DNA of 64,000 nt. It comes from Rebecca billardiae RCC1528. Lineage: Eukaryota > Protista > Haptophyta. The stretch covers positions 2,480,001 to 2,544,000 of the forward strand of contig OZ251223.1 in assembly GCA_965240325.2 (NCBI GenBank), written 5' to 3'. Each line of letters starts with the position of its first letter. Positions within the stretch are counted from its first letter, which is position 1. The position numbers and the translations under genes are program-made. The notes under the pieces are model-generated. The model was not told the origin of the DNA and made no database searches. It saw only the letters and a list, made by a program, of their open reading frames with translations. Shown one piece after another: positions 24,839-35,445 of the stretch.

Positions 24839-25570
24839 CTGCTCCGCTGCCTGCCCGCGGCCTTCTGCAGGGGCCGCGCGAGAGCCGGCGGCGGCGGCGG
24901 GGACGCGCAGGGCGGGCGAGCCCGTGATGCAGAGCGCCGCGCGCTCCGACTCGAGCGCCTCAAACAGTGCCGCCACCGCCGAGCCCTCGCCGCCAGCACG
25001 CGCTGACCGAGAGTCATGCGCCGGCTGCGGCGGGGCTGCACCGAGCGCGGTGGCGTAGTGCGCGCCCGGGCCCGCCGCCGAGCGAACCCGATGCCCCATG
25101 CCGGCAAGTATGCGCTCGTCCACCTCGCTGTCAACCGGCCACCCATCGGGCCGCTCGACGCGCTGGCCTCTCACGCGCAGCTGCACAAAGGCTGAGCGCC
25201 ATCGGACGCACTCGGCGTCGCGCAGCGTCGCAGGCGTGGTTCCGCGTGCAACCGGGAGGCCCGTGTCGCGGTCGATGCGGAGAGGGGCCGTGTCATCGCC
25301 ATAATCCGGTGGCGGCGCGCTCGGCTCGGCCTCGCCGTGAAGGATCGCATCCACGTGGCGCAGCTCCGCGGCGAGCGCGCCCGACGTGCGCTCGAGGTAT
25401 TCCTCGTCGTAGTCGTCATCGTCGCTGCGCGGGCTGAAGTCAAAGACGGTGGGGCGGCTGAACGCATGGCCGAAGCCGAAGGCGTCGTCATCGTCGTAAT
25501 CGAGCCCACGCAGGCCGGCCCCGCCGCCGCCAAACTCCTCCTCGTCGGAAGACGAGATCCAGCCCGCCAT
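23147..25570 (-). CDS. FAM149: FAM149 (DUF3719) family ciliary protein with long low-complexity C-terminus
   Basis: LRHVDAILHGE...ECVRWRSAFVQLRVRG and EDEIFAQDGECEEVIAVD match the FAM149/DUF3719 conserved blocks. Confidence 0.72.
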
Positions 25571-25696
25571 CGGCCGCACTCGCGCGTGCCGGTCGCGCGC
25601 GGAAAATGACGTGACGAAATCGGCCAAGGCGGCCATCGTGCGGTGACTGGCTATGTGGATGAGCCGTTATCGATCGTTTTGGCTGGGCCCAGATCG

Positions 25697-27937
25697 ATGG
25701 CGGAGGCACAGGCCAGCTTCGCCGGCTCGGGCGCGGGCCCCGCCGCGGCGGCAGAGACGCGGCATTTCGCCGCGGAGGAGGGCGACCCCCTCGCGACGGA
25801 CCAGACGTACTACCTGGAGCCCGTCGTCCTCGACGACGACCCGGAGGACGACGACTTTGACTACGCGGCCGTGACGTTGGAGGATGACGACGTCGGCGAC
25901 GATGGCGACGAGGACCTCGACCAGGCACTGCGCACGCTGAAGCTGAAGCGGGGAATGCGCGTGGAGGACGAGCCGGTCCCTCCGGAGAAGCCCGAGATCC
26001 GCGAGCGCGCCGAGGTCGTCGACGACTTCATCCGCAACTTCCTGCGCAAGATCGGGTGCGCGGAGACGCTCGAGACGTTCCAGCGCGAGTGGTACGCGCT
26101 GCAGGAGGAGGGCAAGCTGAAGGAGGAGGACGTCGGCGCCGTGCCCGACGTGTACCTGCGGAACCAGTTCCTCCGCGACGAGGTGAAGACCATGAAGGAG
26201 AAGGTCGAGAAGATGGAGCAGATCGCGCACAAGGCGCGCTCGACGTGGGACAAGTTCCGCAAGGAGCGAGACTTCCACAAGATGTGCGCGCGCAGCCAGG
26301 GCCGCCGCGCGGGCTGCGGCGGGGCTGCGGCGCGCCCGCCCGCCCCGTCCACGGGGGAGGGCGAGCGTCCCGGCTGACGGCGAGCCGCGCGCGCACGCGC
26401 CGCCGTCGACCCCGTTGACCGCGCGCCGCGCGCCCGCGCGTGCCGCGCGCACAGGCACCACAAGCGCGTGGTGCAGGAGAAGAACAAGGTGATCGTCGAC
26501 CTCAAGCGGCTGAAGGACCACTACGCGAACTACGAGCCCACGCTCGCCGCGATGCGCAAGAAGTACGAGGCGGCGATGAAGGAGAAGATGATGATGAAGC
26601 TCGAGCGCGACAGGCTGCGGGGGCGCGTCACCGCGCTCGAGGCCCACATCGCGCAGCTCGAGTCGATCCGGCCGCAGCAGGAGGCCGAGCCGCCGCGCGC
26701 GTCGAAGGCGAGGGTGGCGGCGGCGACGCTGCCCAAGCAGCCCCGGCCGAACCCGAACATCGGTGTGCACGAGGAGGCGCGCGGCGTCGAGCACTACTCG
26801 CTCAACGCGACGAACCGCGCGCACGCGAGCGGCGTCGCCGCCGTCGCTCACCACCCGACAAAGCCCATCGTGGCGACCGCGTCCGACGACTGCACGTGGA
26901 AGATGTGGACGGTGCCGCAGGGCGAGCTGGTGATGTCGGGCGACGGGCACGCGGACTGGTTGTCGAGCATCGAGTTCCATCCGCACGGCACGCACCTCGC
27001 CACCGGCTCGGGCGACTCGACGGTGAAGCTGTGGGACTTCCGCGCGGCCGCGTGCTCGGCCACCTTCACGGACCACACGCAGGCGGTGTGGGACGTGGCG
27101 TGGCACGACGAGGGGAACTTCGTGGTGAGCGCGTCGATGGACCACACGGCGAAGCTGTGGGACTGCATCGCGGGCAAGTGCCGCTCCACCTTCCGCGGGC
27201 ACGTCGACTCGATCAACTCGGTGTGCTTCCAGCCCTTCTCGGAGAACATCTGCACCGGCTCGGGCGACAAGACGGTGTCGCTGTGGGACTGCCGCACCGC
27301 GCTGTGCATCCAGACCTTCTACGGGCACATGAACGCGTGCAGCTCGGTGGCCTTCTCGGCGCGCGGCGACCGCGTCGCCTCGACGGACGCAGACGGCGTG
27401 GTCAAACTGTGGGACGTGCGCAAGGTGCGCGCCGCCGCACGCGCCAGCGCGCGCCGCGCTCGGCGTGCCGCGCCGCACCCCTCACGCGCGCCCCCACGCG
27501 CACCTGCCACCGCCGCCGCCGCCGCCGGCCGCGCGCGCGCGCACGCAGGTGACGGAATACTGCTCCATCTACGCCGGGCCGCACCCCGCAAATCACTGCG
27601 CATTCGACCGGACAGGTGGGCGCTCGGCCGGCGGCCGCGGACCTGGCAGGCCGCTCGCACGCTCACACGGGCCGCGCGCACAACACCCGGCCCCGCGCGC
27701 ACGCACGCTCGCTCGCGCGCAGGATCGGTCCTGGCGGTCGCGAGCGACGACGGCACCGTGAAGGTGTTCAACGTGGACGTGGCGGCGGCGGAGCCGGAGG
27801 GTGGCGACGCGGACGGTGTGCACATCGGCGACCTGAGGGGGCACGACGAGCCCGTGCAGCATGTGTGCTTCGAGCCGAACAGCAACAAGTACGTCGTCTC
27901 GTGCTCGTCAGACAGGTCATACCGGCTGTGGTCGTGA
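25697..27937 (+). CDS. SPAG16: Flagellar central-pair WD40 protein SPAG16/PF20; introns 26284-26454, 27425-27548, 27616-27722
   Basis: EVVDDFIRNFL...FQREWY; spliced KERDFHKM|HHKRVVQEKNK...YEP coiled coil; seven WD40 repeats. All introns are GT-AG and restore the frame. Confidence 0.92.
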
Positions 27938-28277
27938 GGCGCTGCCGCGGCGCTCGCGAGGGGCGCTCGGCTGCGCTGCGCTGGGGCTGACGGCATCCGA
28001 GGGCCGGGCACGGCGTGCCTCGACGCCGGGTGCGGACGGCATCTAGCCAGCACTGCATCTGCCCTGCCCCTTGCCCTCGGCCAGCGCGCCGGCGCAGAGC
28101 GGCGGCGCCAGCGACCATTGGAGTCAGACAATAGTCTCGCGGAATATAGTTAGTGCCAATATATTAATAAGAGTCGTCAGTCGACTCAGTCGTCGCGTCA
28201 TGATATTATAAGTATATATATATATATATAGTTATTTTTATTGAAACTCGTAGTCAGGCTTCGAAAGTTCCGGATTG

Positions 28278-30063
28278 CTACTTCGATCGATCTAGCTCAG
28301 CAGTGTCCGAGATGGACGTCTTCAATAAACGACTACGGCGACTACGCCACTGCTTGATGGAGTCAGTAGTCGTCGCGCGCGAATACGCCCCCGCCATCGG
28401 TGCGGCACTCGTATGCCACCGCGTGCCTGATGGCAGCAGCGGTGCCGTCGTGCCGTATCTGATCCCGCCCCCCGTCCCGTCAGCTCGCAGTCGTTGCACT
28501 GCCCCGAATGGCCCTGCTGGTCCGTGGTCGGACGCTGGGGCCGCCGAAGCAGTCGCTGCCGCCCGCCAGCTGCCTGCCGGCAGCGGTAGGCGCTCGTTCG
28601 CCGCACATCGCGCAATATCGCGCACGAGCACGTCGCCTGACGGCAGCTGAAGGTGGTTGCCCGAGCCAAAGCGCGCGTCCAGCCGCCTGCGGCTGATCAC
28701 GCTGGGGTGGCCTGCGTCCGCCAGTTGCGCGCCACCCTCGCCGTGCGCCGGCAGCTCACGCAGCACCTCCTCCGCTCCAATCACGCTCCAGAAGAGCTCG
28801 AGGGGCAGGTCGAGCTGCGCCGCGAGCTCGCGCGGTGCCTTGTACGTCCCCGTCACGTTACTCCACGCCAGCAGCCGCGCCTGGTCGTCGAGCAGCAGCT
28901 CGCCGGCGAAGAGGACGGGCTGTTCGTCAGCAAGATGCGGATGGCCGCACGCCGCACCGAACGCGGCGGTGTGCATGCTCACGCGCGGCTGAGTCTCGCC
29001 GGGGACGACGACGAACGCGTGCGAGCCCGCACGCATCCTCACGTTCGGACGCACCGAGCAAAATGCCTCGTCCCGCGGGAGCTGCACGCGATGTGGAGAG
29101 CGACCATGCGCGCGCAGCTTCCCCACGTGTGGCATCAGGTGATCGCCGAGGACCTCGTACTTGTTATGCTCGTTGCGCGCGTGCACACGACGAGCAGCGC
29201 GTGGCTGGATGTCGGCGGCGAGTAGTGCCGCTCTGGTCGGTTGGCGAGAGAGCAACGCGTCGCCGATGGGCGACTGTGCGCCGGGCGAGAAGTCCTCTTC
29301 GTCGGCGGCCGCGCGAACGGTGGCAAAGACGGGCATGGCCAGTCTGATGGCGTTCGGAGGGCGACGCAGAGAGAGGAGGGTGGGTGGTGGTGCCGCGGGG
29401 AGGTACGCACAGCGATGAGCTGATGATGGAGAGGGTTGGGCGCTGGATGAGGCGCGCGCGCGCGCTTACGCGCTGAAGCCAGGCGACGCGTCCCTCTTCT
29501 TGTTGTCGTTGTCGGTCGAGTCGAAGCTGGCCTGCACGTCCGGAGTCAGTAGCGGCGCGCGCTCGAATGTCCACGCGGCGATCGTCTCGAGGCGCGACCC
29601 AAGCAGCGACAGGTCGGGGAACGAGGTACACCTTGGCGGGACGCTCGGCTCGATCAGGTTGCCGCTGCGAACTTGCAAGGCACTCTGCAGGTCGGCGCAC
29701 GAGCGCGACGGGTGCTGCATCCCATGACGAGGCTCGGGGTTCATGCGCAGAGATACGAGCGCAATCTTGCGCTGGTGCACTGGGTTTTGCAGCCCGTCGA
29801 TCGCAGCGAGCTGCTCTTCAGTGACGGCCTCTGTGCGCGGATCAAGACCTGCGCACGTGACGGATCCGATGGGTCGGGCACGCGGCTTGTGAGGAAGCCC
29901 GGACGGGCGGACGGGCGCATTCGTTTGAGCGCGCCGCGACGGCGTCTTGCGTACCGGCGGAGCACAGGAGCGCGGCATACTGCCCGCTGAGCGAGGGCAG
30001 GCCGAGACGAGCGAGCCATGCGGCGAGCGAGGGGTCGGCGGAGCGTCCGATGGATGATATCAT
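28278..30063 (-). CDS. SAM domain + putative enzymatic domain (H..LA...V..AGE...N.TG.Y motif); introns 29849-29954 and 29344-29469
   Basis: The spliced N-terminus SLAAWLARLGLPSLSGQYAALLCSAG|LDPRTEAVTEEQLAAIDGLQNPVHQRKI is SAM-like. The second intron (GTAAGC...CAG) joins in frame to ORF 28278-29336, which contains GHPHLADEQPVLFAGELLLDDQARLLAWSNVTGTYK. Confidence 0.65.
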
Positions 30064-30864
30064 CGGCTCGTGGCCGGTCTTCGGGCGAGCGGATGCCAAC
30101 ACGCGAGGACACCGGGTGAGGACCGGCGCAATTCGCCGATTCGCGGGGAATCACGACGATTCATTATTGCGCTTGATGTAGAAGGTTGAGAAGCCAGAGC
30201 CAACGGCACTTCGTTGATTACTCATAATATTCCGCGAAGGGGCTTCCAACCGACCACCCTCACACTCCACCTATCTAAACCCTGTCCATATATGAATACC
30301 TGACCTGAATTCCCCTGAATTGTCGACGGATGGGTATTCCAGCCTGATAATGAATGGGCGTCTCTGTTTCGGCGACTCGCTCGGCGCCATCATCATCCCT
30401 ATGATGATCAGTATTATCGTATATTCGTCATCAAACATCTATATTGATCAGAGGTTCAGCAAATTCGGCATGAGTTACGTTCTCCTTCTGATTCCTGACT
30501 CGATGATTGATAGGTATCTCCATATACACATTGAATCCATCATCAAATCATCCAGGCTTTAACCAAATCAGGGGTTGGAAAATAGTTCTCAACGTCTTTT
30601 ACTCCGAATCGGCGCCAACGTCCTTATCAATAGTTGGTGTCAGGCTGGAGGCCCTGGCAAACGCGTCTAGGACCAAGAATCCCATCGAAGAATATATGAG
30701 TATGAGGGCGAAGAGTCGTCTAGGACGAGCGTCAAACCCGGGTTGCCGCCAACACGATACGTTAGCACCGTATGGATTCTCGATACCCTTCTCACGTTGC
30801 CGCGCGCCCGCTGCAAGCCCTCCGACGACGGCCTGGCAACACGTGATTCTCACGACGAGGCGGC

Positions 30865-33459
30865 ATGTTCGGCCTCGTGCACGTCGTCCTCAAGGAACTC
30901 GTGGAGGAGGCGCGCGGCGCCGCCGCGTGGGCCGCCGTCCTGCGACGCGTGGGCGCAGCTGACGAGGCACCGCTGCTTGAGCTCGTGCAGCACGCGGACG
31001 AACCCACCCTCCGCCTCGTCAGCGCCGCCGCGGACGAGCTCGGGCTCAGCCTCGACGACGCGCTGCGCGCGTTCGGCGAGGCGTTCGTGCGCTACGTGGC
31101 TGTGGGCGAGACTTACCGGCGTCTGCGCGCGATGGGCGACACGATCGTCGAGTTCCTCAGCCACATCAACGTACTGCACAGCAACCTCGAGTCCGCCTTC
31201 CGCCACTCGAGCTTCCCGAGCTTTGCGCTGCGCACCGCGCACGAGGATGGCGACGACACATCGGCAACGGATGCTCCGCACACGGTCGAGTTCGCGTACT
31301 CGTCGGTCCGCGGGGCGCTCTTCGCACCCGTGGCTGAGGGCGCGATCGTCGAGGCGGCGCGCCTGCTGCACGCCGAGCGCGTCGAGATGCGCCGCATGTG
31401 CGCCGCCGAGGCGTGCGCGGCGTTTGCCGGCGCGGACGCTGCATGGCACGTGACTGTTACGCCTGCCGAGGGAGCGCGCGCGCCTTCGAGCCTTCCGGCG
31501 GCGGCACGGCCGGCGGCGCCGGACGCGCCAAAGCCGCGCTCGCGCGCGCACGCGCACGCCGCCGCCACCTGGCACAGCGTCTTCTCGCGTGCTGCCGGCG
31601 CGATGAGCACACGCAGCGTCGCGACCGTCGCGCCGCCGCCGCAGCCGCGGCCGCAGCAGCAGCCGCTCTCCGCGCGCAGAGTGGCGGTGGTGGATGCGCC
31701 GTCGGCCAAGGAGGAGGAGGCGGAGGAGGAGGGCAGCGCGGGTTGGCTCTCAGGCCTCGCAGGGCGCATGCGCACGCAGCTCGCCCTCGCCGTGCTCTCG
31801 CGCAAGGCATCCTCGCCACGGCGGCGTGGCTGGTTCGCCCCGCGCGCCGAGGTGCACCCCGAGCCGCAGCTCACCGACCAGCTCATGCGCGCGGCGCCCG
31901 CGCGCCGGCTGTGCGCGGGCTGGGAGGAGAGCCGCGAGCTGCGCCGCGCGCGCGGCTTCTGGGCGGCGTCCAAGAGCCGCCGCTCCGACATCCTTCTCTC
32001 GGCTCCCGCTGAGTACGCCGACTTCTTCGTCTCGCACGCGTGGGCCGCGCCCGACGGCTGGGAGCGGCTGATGGGCTCGCGCTGCTGCTACGCGGAGCGC
32101 AAGGCCACCGCGCTGCGCGACGCGCTGCGCGAGGCGTGCGGCGAGAAGAGCTGGCGTGCCGCGACGCTCTTTGTGGACAAGGCGTGCATCCCGCAGGAGC
32201 CCGTGCTCAAGCAGTACTGCATCGAGCACCTCCCGGACTTTGCGCTGCGGTGCGAGCGCATGCTCGTGCTCCTCTCGTGGCACTACTTCACGCGGCTGTG
32301 GTGCGTGGTGGAGTGGGTGACCTTCCTCGTCACGCACGGGCCCGAGGCGATGCGCGTGTGCGCGCAGCCGTTCATGAGCGGCAGCACGACGCCGCTCTTC
32401 GTCCGCAGCGTCGAGAGCTTCACCGTGCACTCCGCGCAGTGCACGCACGCCGCCGACCGCGACGTTCTGACCGCGCTCGTGCACGCGCGCTACACGTCCG
32501 TCGCCGCGTTCGAGCGGTACGCGCGGGCGACCGCGCTCGCGCTGATCGCCGTTGACCTCTGCCGCGTGGCATCGCGCGGGGAGAGCGCGCGCGCCGAGCT
32601 GTTCGAGCCGTGGCTCGAGCTCGCGCGCCGGCTGGGCGAGGCACCCCTGGCCGCCGCGCTCGAGGAGGGCCACGCGCGCCTCTGTGCGTGGCGGCGCGAG
32701 GCGATGGGCGCGCCGAGTGCGCACGGCGGCGGCGGCGCGGACGCCAGCTTCATCGGGCCATTCGGGCGACCCGCGGAGGACTGGCAGCTCCGGTTCGACA
32801 GCTTCGTGGACGAATGGAGCTGCCGCGCACTCTTCCCCGCCCTCGCCGACATCAAGCGCGCGTGCGTGCGCAAGGAGCTGCACGACGTGGCGGCGCTGCG
32901 CGCGCGCGGCAGCACCAGCAGCACCAGCACGCGCGACAGCTGTGAGGGCGAGCTACCGTGCGAGCGCTGCAGCGGCGCTTCGAGCCTCACGCCGGTGGTG
33001 TCGAGGAGTCCAAGCAGCACGCTTGCGGGCGAGGCCGACCCCTCGACGGCGAGCATGCTCCCCGTCAGCCCCTCATGGCGCTCCAAGCCCAGCAGCGGAC
33101 GGCTCGGCATCCGCGGTGTCTCGTCCGCGGAGGATCTGGGGCGCGCGAGCAGGCGCGAGGCGATCGAGGAGGTGAGCGCGATCCTCTCCGCGGCAGAGGC
33201 GAGCTCGCCGCATACGGCGCGGCGCAAGGCGGGTGAGCTCTCCCGCGCGGCGCCAGACTCGGCGGCAGCAGTGCCAGTGGCGGTAGAGGCCGCATCATCA
33301 TCAACTCTTCCACTGGATGCTGCTGATGGTTCTGGCGACGACGCAGCGCCAGCGGCCGGCCGGCCGGCGGGCGGCAACTTGAACTTCGTCGGCCATGCGC
33401 ATGGCGGACTGCCAGTGCCTGCTGAGACGACTGATTGGAGCTTGACGTCGATCGAATGA
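30865..33459 (+). CDS. H-NOX (HNOB heme NO-binding) domain fused to a TIR-like domain, 864 aa
   Basis: N-terminus MFGLVHVVLKELV...W..V; His105, Pro118 and Y145-S-S147-V-R149. Then DFFVSHAW...LFVDKACIPQ...LPDF...MLVLLSWHYFTRLWCVVE (Glu483). Disordered C-terminal tail; no cyclase or kinase. Confidence 0.85.
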   Translation: MFGLVHVVLKELVEEARGAAAWAAVLRRVGAADEAPLLELVQHADEPTLRLVSAAADELGLSLDDALRAFGEAFVRYVAVGETYRRLRAMGDTIVEFLSHINVLHSNLESAFRHSSFPSFALRTAHEDGDDTSATDAPHTVEFAYSSVRGALFAPVAEGAIVEAARLLHAERVEMRRMCAAEACAAFAGADAAWHVTVTPAEGARAPSSLPAAARPAAPDAPKPRSRAHAHAAATWHSVFSRAAGAMSTRSVATVAPPPQPRPQQQPLSARRVAVVDAPSAKEEEAEEEGSAGWLSGLAGRMRTQLALAVLSRKASSPRRRGWFAPRAEVHPEPQLTDQLMRAAPARRLCAGWEESRELRRARGFWAASKSRRSDILLSAPAEYADFFVSHAWAAPDGWERLMGSRCCYAERKATALRDALREACGEKSWRAATLFVDKACIPQEPVLKQYCIEHLPDFALRCERMLVLLSWHYFTRLWCVVEWVTFLVTHGPEAMRVCAQPFMSGSTTPLFVRSVESFTVHSAQCTHAADRDVLTALVHARYTSVAAFERYARATALALIAVDLCRVASRGESARAELFEPWLELARRLGEAPLAAALEEGHARLCAWRREAMGAPSAHGGGGADASFIGPFGRPAEDWQLRFDSFVDEWSCRALFPALADIKRACVRKELHDVAALRARGSTSSTSTRDSCEGELPCERCSGASSLTPVVSRSPSSTLAGEADPSTASMLPVSPSWRSKPSSGRLGIRGVSSAEDLGRASRREAIEEVSAILSAAEASSPHTARRKAGELSRAAPDSAAAVPVAVEAASSSTLPLDAADGSGDDAAPAAGRPAGGNLNFVGHAHGGLPVPAETTDWSLTSIE

Positions 33460-33794
33460 GTCGTGCGTATCAGACATCATATGTTTCAGACGCGGGTTAT
33501 ATGTATGCATTGTCAGAATTCATCCGATCCGAGTCTCAGACGTGCATCTAGACTCGGTGGCATCACTGATGTCTGATCACACCGTTACACCGATTACGAT
33601 ACCGCCATCACAATTCACATCCGGCCCGGCGGTTACCCCGCGGGGCAGGGCCCGGGGTAGCCTGAGCCTCAGCCTGACACGGGCACTTGCCAGCAGGGAC
33701 CCAAGAGACCATTTGCACCGGTCGAGAGATCTTCAAGCTGCGTGGTGGCGATGGCGCGATCTGCCGCCACAGCGCGGCTGCCGTCGAGGTAGCC

Positions 33795-34127
33795 TCAGTA
33801 CCGGTGCTTGGCAAAAGCGAGGCCCATGTCATTCAGCTGCTGCTCAAAGGAGCGCGCCTCTGCCTCGAGGAACTCCTTGAGACGCGCTCTACGGATGAGC
33901 ACCAGCTCTTTGTTCGCCTGGACGAGCTCCTCCTTGTGCTCATGGTGCTCCAGCCGTGCCAAGCGCTCCATTTGCCGTTTTGCATTGGCCTCAAACCACG
34001 CCGTGCGCATTGCCGTCATCTCGTAAGACTTGGCGTCGGCGACGTACTGCGCGCGAATGTTATCCTCCTCCACGCGCCGCGCCACGCGGCCCGCGGTCGA
34101 GTTCTTCATCGCACTGAGCGCCGGCAT
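33795..34127 (-). CDS. CFAP141: Cilia- and flagella-associated protein 141 (microtubule inner protein), 110 aa
   Basis: C-terminal EELVQANKELVLIRRARLKEFLEAEARSFEQQLNDMGLAF matches the CFAP141/C1orf189 pattern; small helical protein. Confidence 0.75.
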   Translation of the reverse strand: MPALSAMKNSTAGRVARRVEEDNIRAQYVADAKSYEMTAMRTAWFEANAKRQMERLARLEHHEHKEELVQANKELVLIRRARLKEFLEAEARSFEQQLNDMGLAFAKHRY

Positions 34128-34341
34128 GATGGCGGTGCTCGCAGCCCTTGCGCAGCGTCGATAGGGGGCTCGTGAGGATGGCTGCGCTCGACGTCGTAAC
34201 TGCAGAGAGCGCAAGCGAACAAGGCGCAGCAAGCTCCGGAAGCAAGCGCTGAATAAAGCGGAACAGCCGGACCGCCGCCAAGCTCGCCCGGCGTGGCCGA
34301 GAGCGGAGAGCCCGGGGCTCACGCCCGTGCGGATGCGCTGC

Positions 34342-35445
34342 ATGGCGCGCGGCTCACGGGGACGTAGCTCGGCCGCCGAGCGCGACGGTGGTGGTGCAGG
34401 CGAGACGCTAACGGACGCCTCCCTCCCGCGCGCGCTGGAGCACTTGCGCGTGGCCGACCCAAAGCTCCGCGCCGTCATCGACGCCGGCGGGTGGTCGTGC
34501 GACGGGCTCGTCTGCCCCAGCGCCAGCCCATCATGCTTTGCGGCGCTCGCGCGCTCGATCGTGTACCAGCAGCTTGCGGGCGCGGCCGCGGGGACCATAT
34601 TTGGCCGGCTCGTTGCGCTCTGCGGCGGCGAGCCCGGCCTCACCCCATCCACCATCCTCGGCCTCGACGAGGCGCGGCTGCGCGGCGTGGGGCTGTCGGG
34701 CCAGAAGCTGGCCTACCTCGTCGACCTCGCTCGCCACTTCGCCGACGGGCGGCTCTCGGACGACGCGATCGCCGCAATGGACGACGAGCAGCTGTCGTGC
34801 TCGCTGCGTGCCGTCAAGGGCATCGGCGAGTGGACTCTCCACATGTTCATGATGTTCGCCCTCAAGCGAGCGGACGTGCTGCCGACGGGCGACCTCGCCG
34901 TGCGCAAGGGCTTTGCCGCGCTGTACGGCATCGGCGGTGCGGACGCGGCGCGTGGCGCTGGTTCTAGGCGTGGGGGTGGCAAGAAGGCGGCCAAGCAGAG
35001 CCTTCCGACGCCCGCCGAGATGGAGTGCATCGCGGAGAAGTGGCGGCCATTCCGTTCCCTCGGCGCATACTTGATGTGGCACGTGTGCGGCATCGCAGCA
35101 GACGCTCTGCCGACGGCCGAGGCAGCGCCGACAGCGGTGGACAAGCCTGACTCCGTGCTCCCATCCACACCCGATGCGAAGCCGCGAGCGGGAAGCGCTC
35201 GCGCCGCCGCAGCGCCGGGCGAGCCTGCGTCCCCCGCGCCACATCTGCTGTCGCGGTCGGCCAGCGACCGCGACGGCGGCCGCGCGGCAGCGCCGACCAT
35301 GCAGACGCCCAGCGCTTCGCGCACCGCTGCGGCGAAGCGCCGGGCAAGCGTCAGCTCGCCCTGCGATCCCGTTGCCATGAGCCCGCCCGACGACGGTGGG
35401 CCCACGCGTGCGGTCAAGGCCTCGCGAACGCGCATGGCTCCTTGA
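34342..35445 (+). CDS. DNA-3-methyladenine glycosylase II (AlkA/Mag1, HhH-GPD)
   Basis: LARSIVYQQLAGAAAGTIF; LRGVGLSGQKLAY; HhH motif VKGIGEWT; DVLPTGDLAVRKG; WRPFRS. Confidence 0.92.
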   Translation: MARGSRGRSSAAERDGGGAGETLTDASLPRALEHLRVADPKLRAVIDAGGWSCDGLVCPSASPSCFAALARSIVYQQLAGAAAGTIFGRLVALCGGEPGLTPSTILGLDEARLRGVGLSGQKLAYLVDLARHFADGRLSDDAIAAMDDEQLSCSLRAVKGIGEWTLHMFMMFALKRADVLPTGDLAVRKGFAALYGIGGADAARGAGSRRGGGKKAAKQSLPTPAEMECIAEKWRPFRSLGAYLMWHVCGIAADALPTAEAAPTAVDKPDSVLPSTPDAKPRAGSARAAAAPGEPASPAPHLLSRSASDRDGGRAAAPTMQTPSASRTAAAKRRASVSSPCDPVAMSPPDDGGPTRAVKASRTRMAP

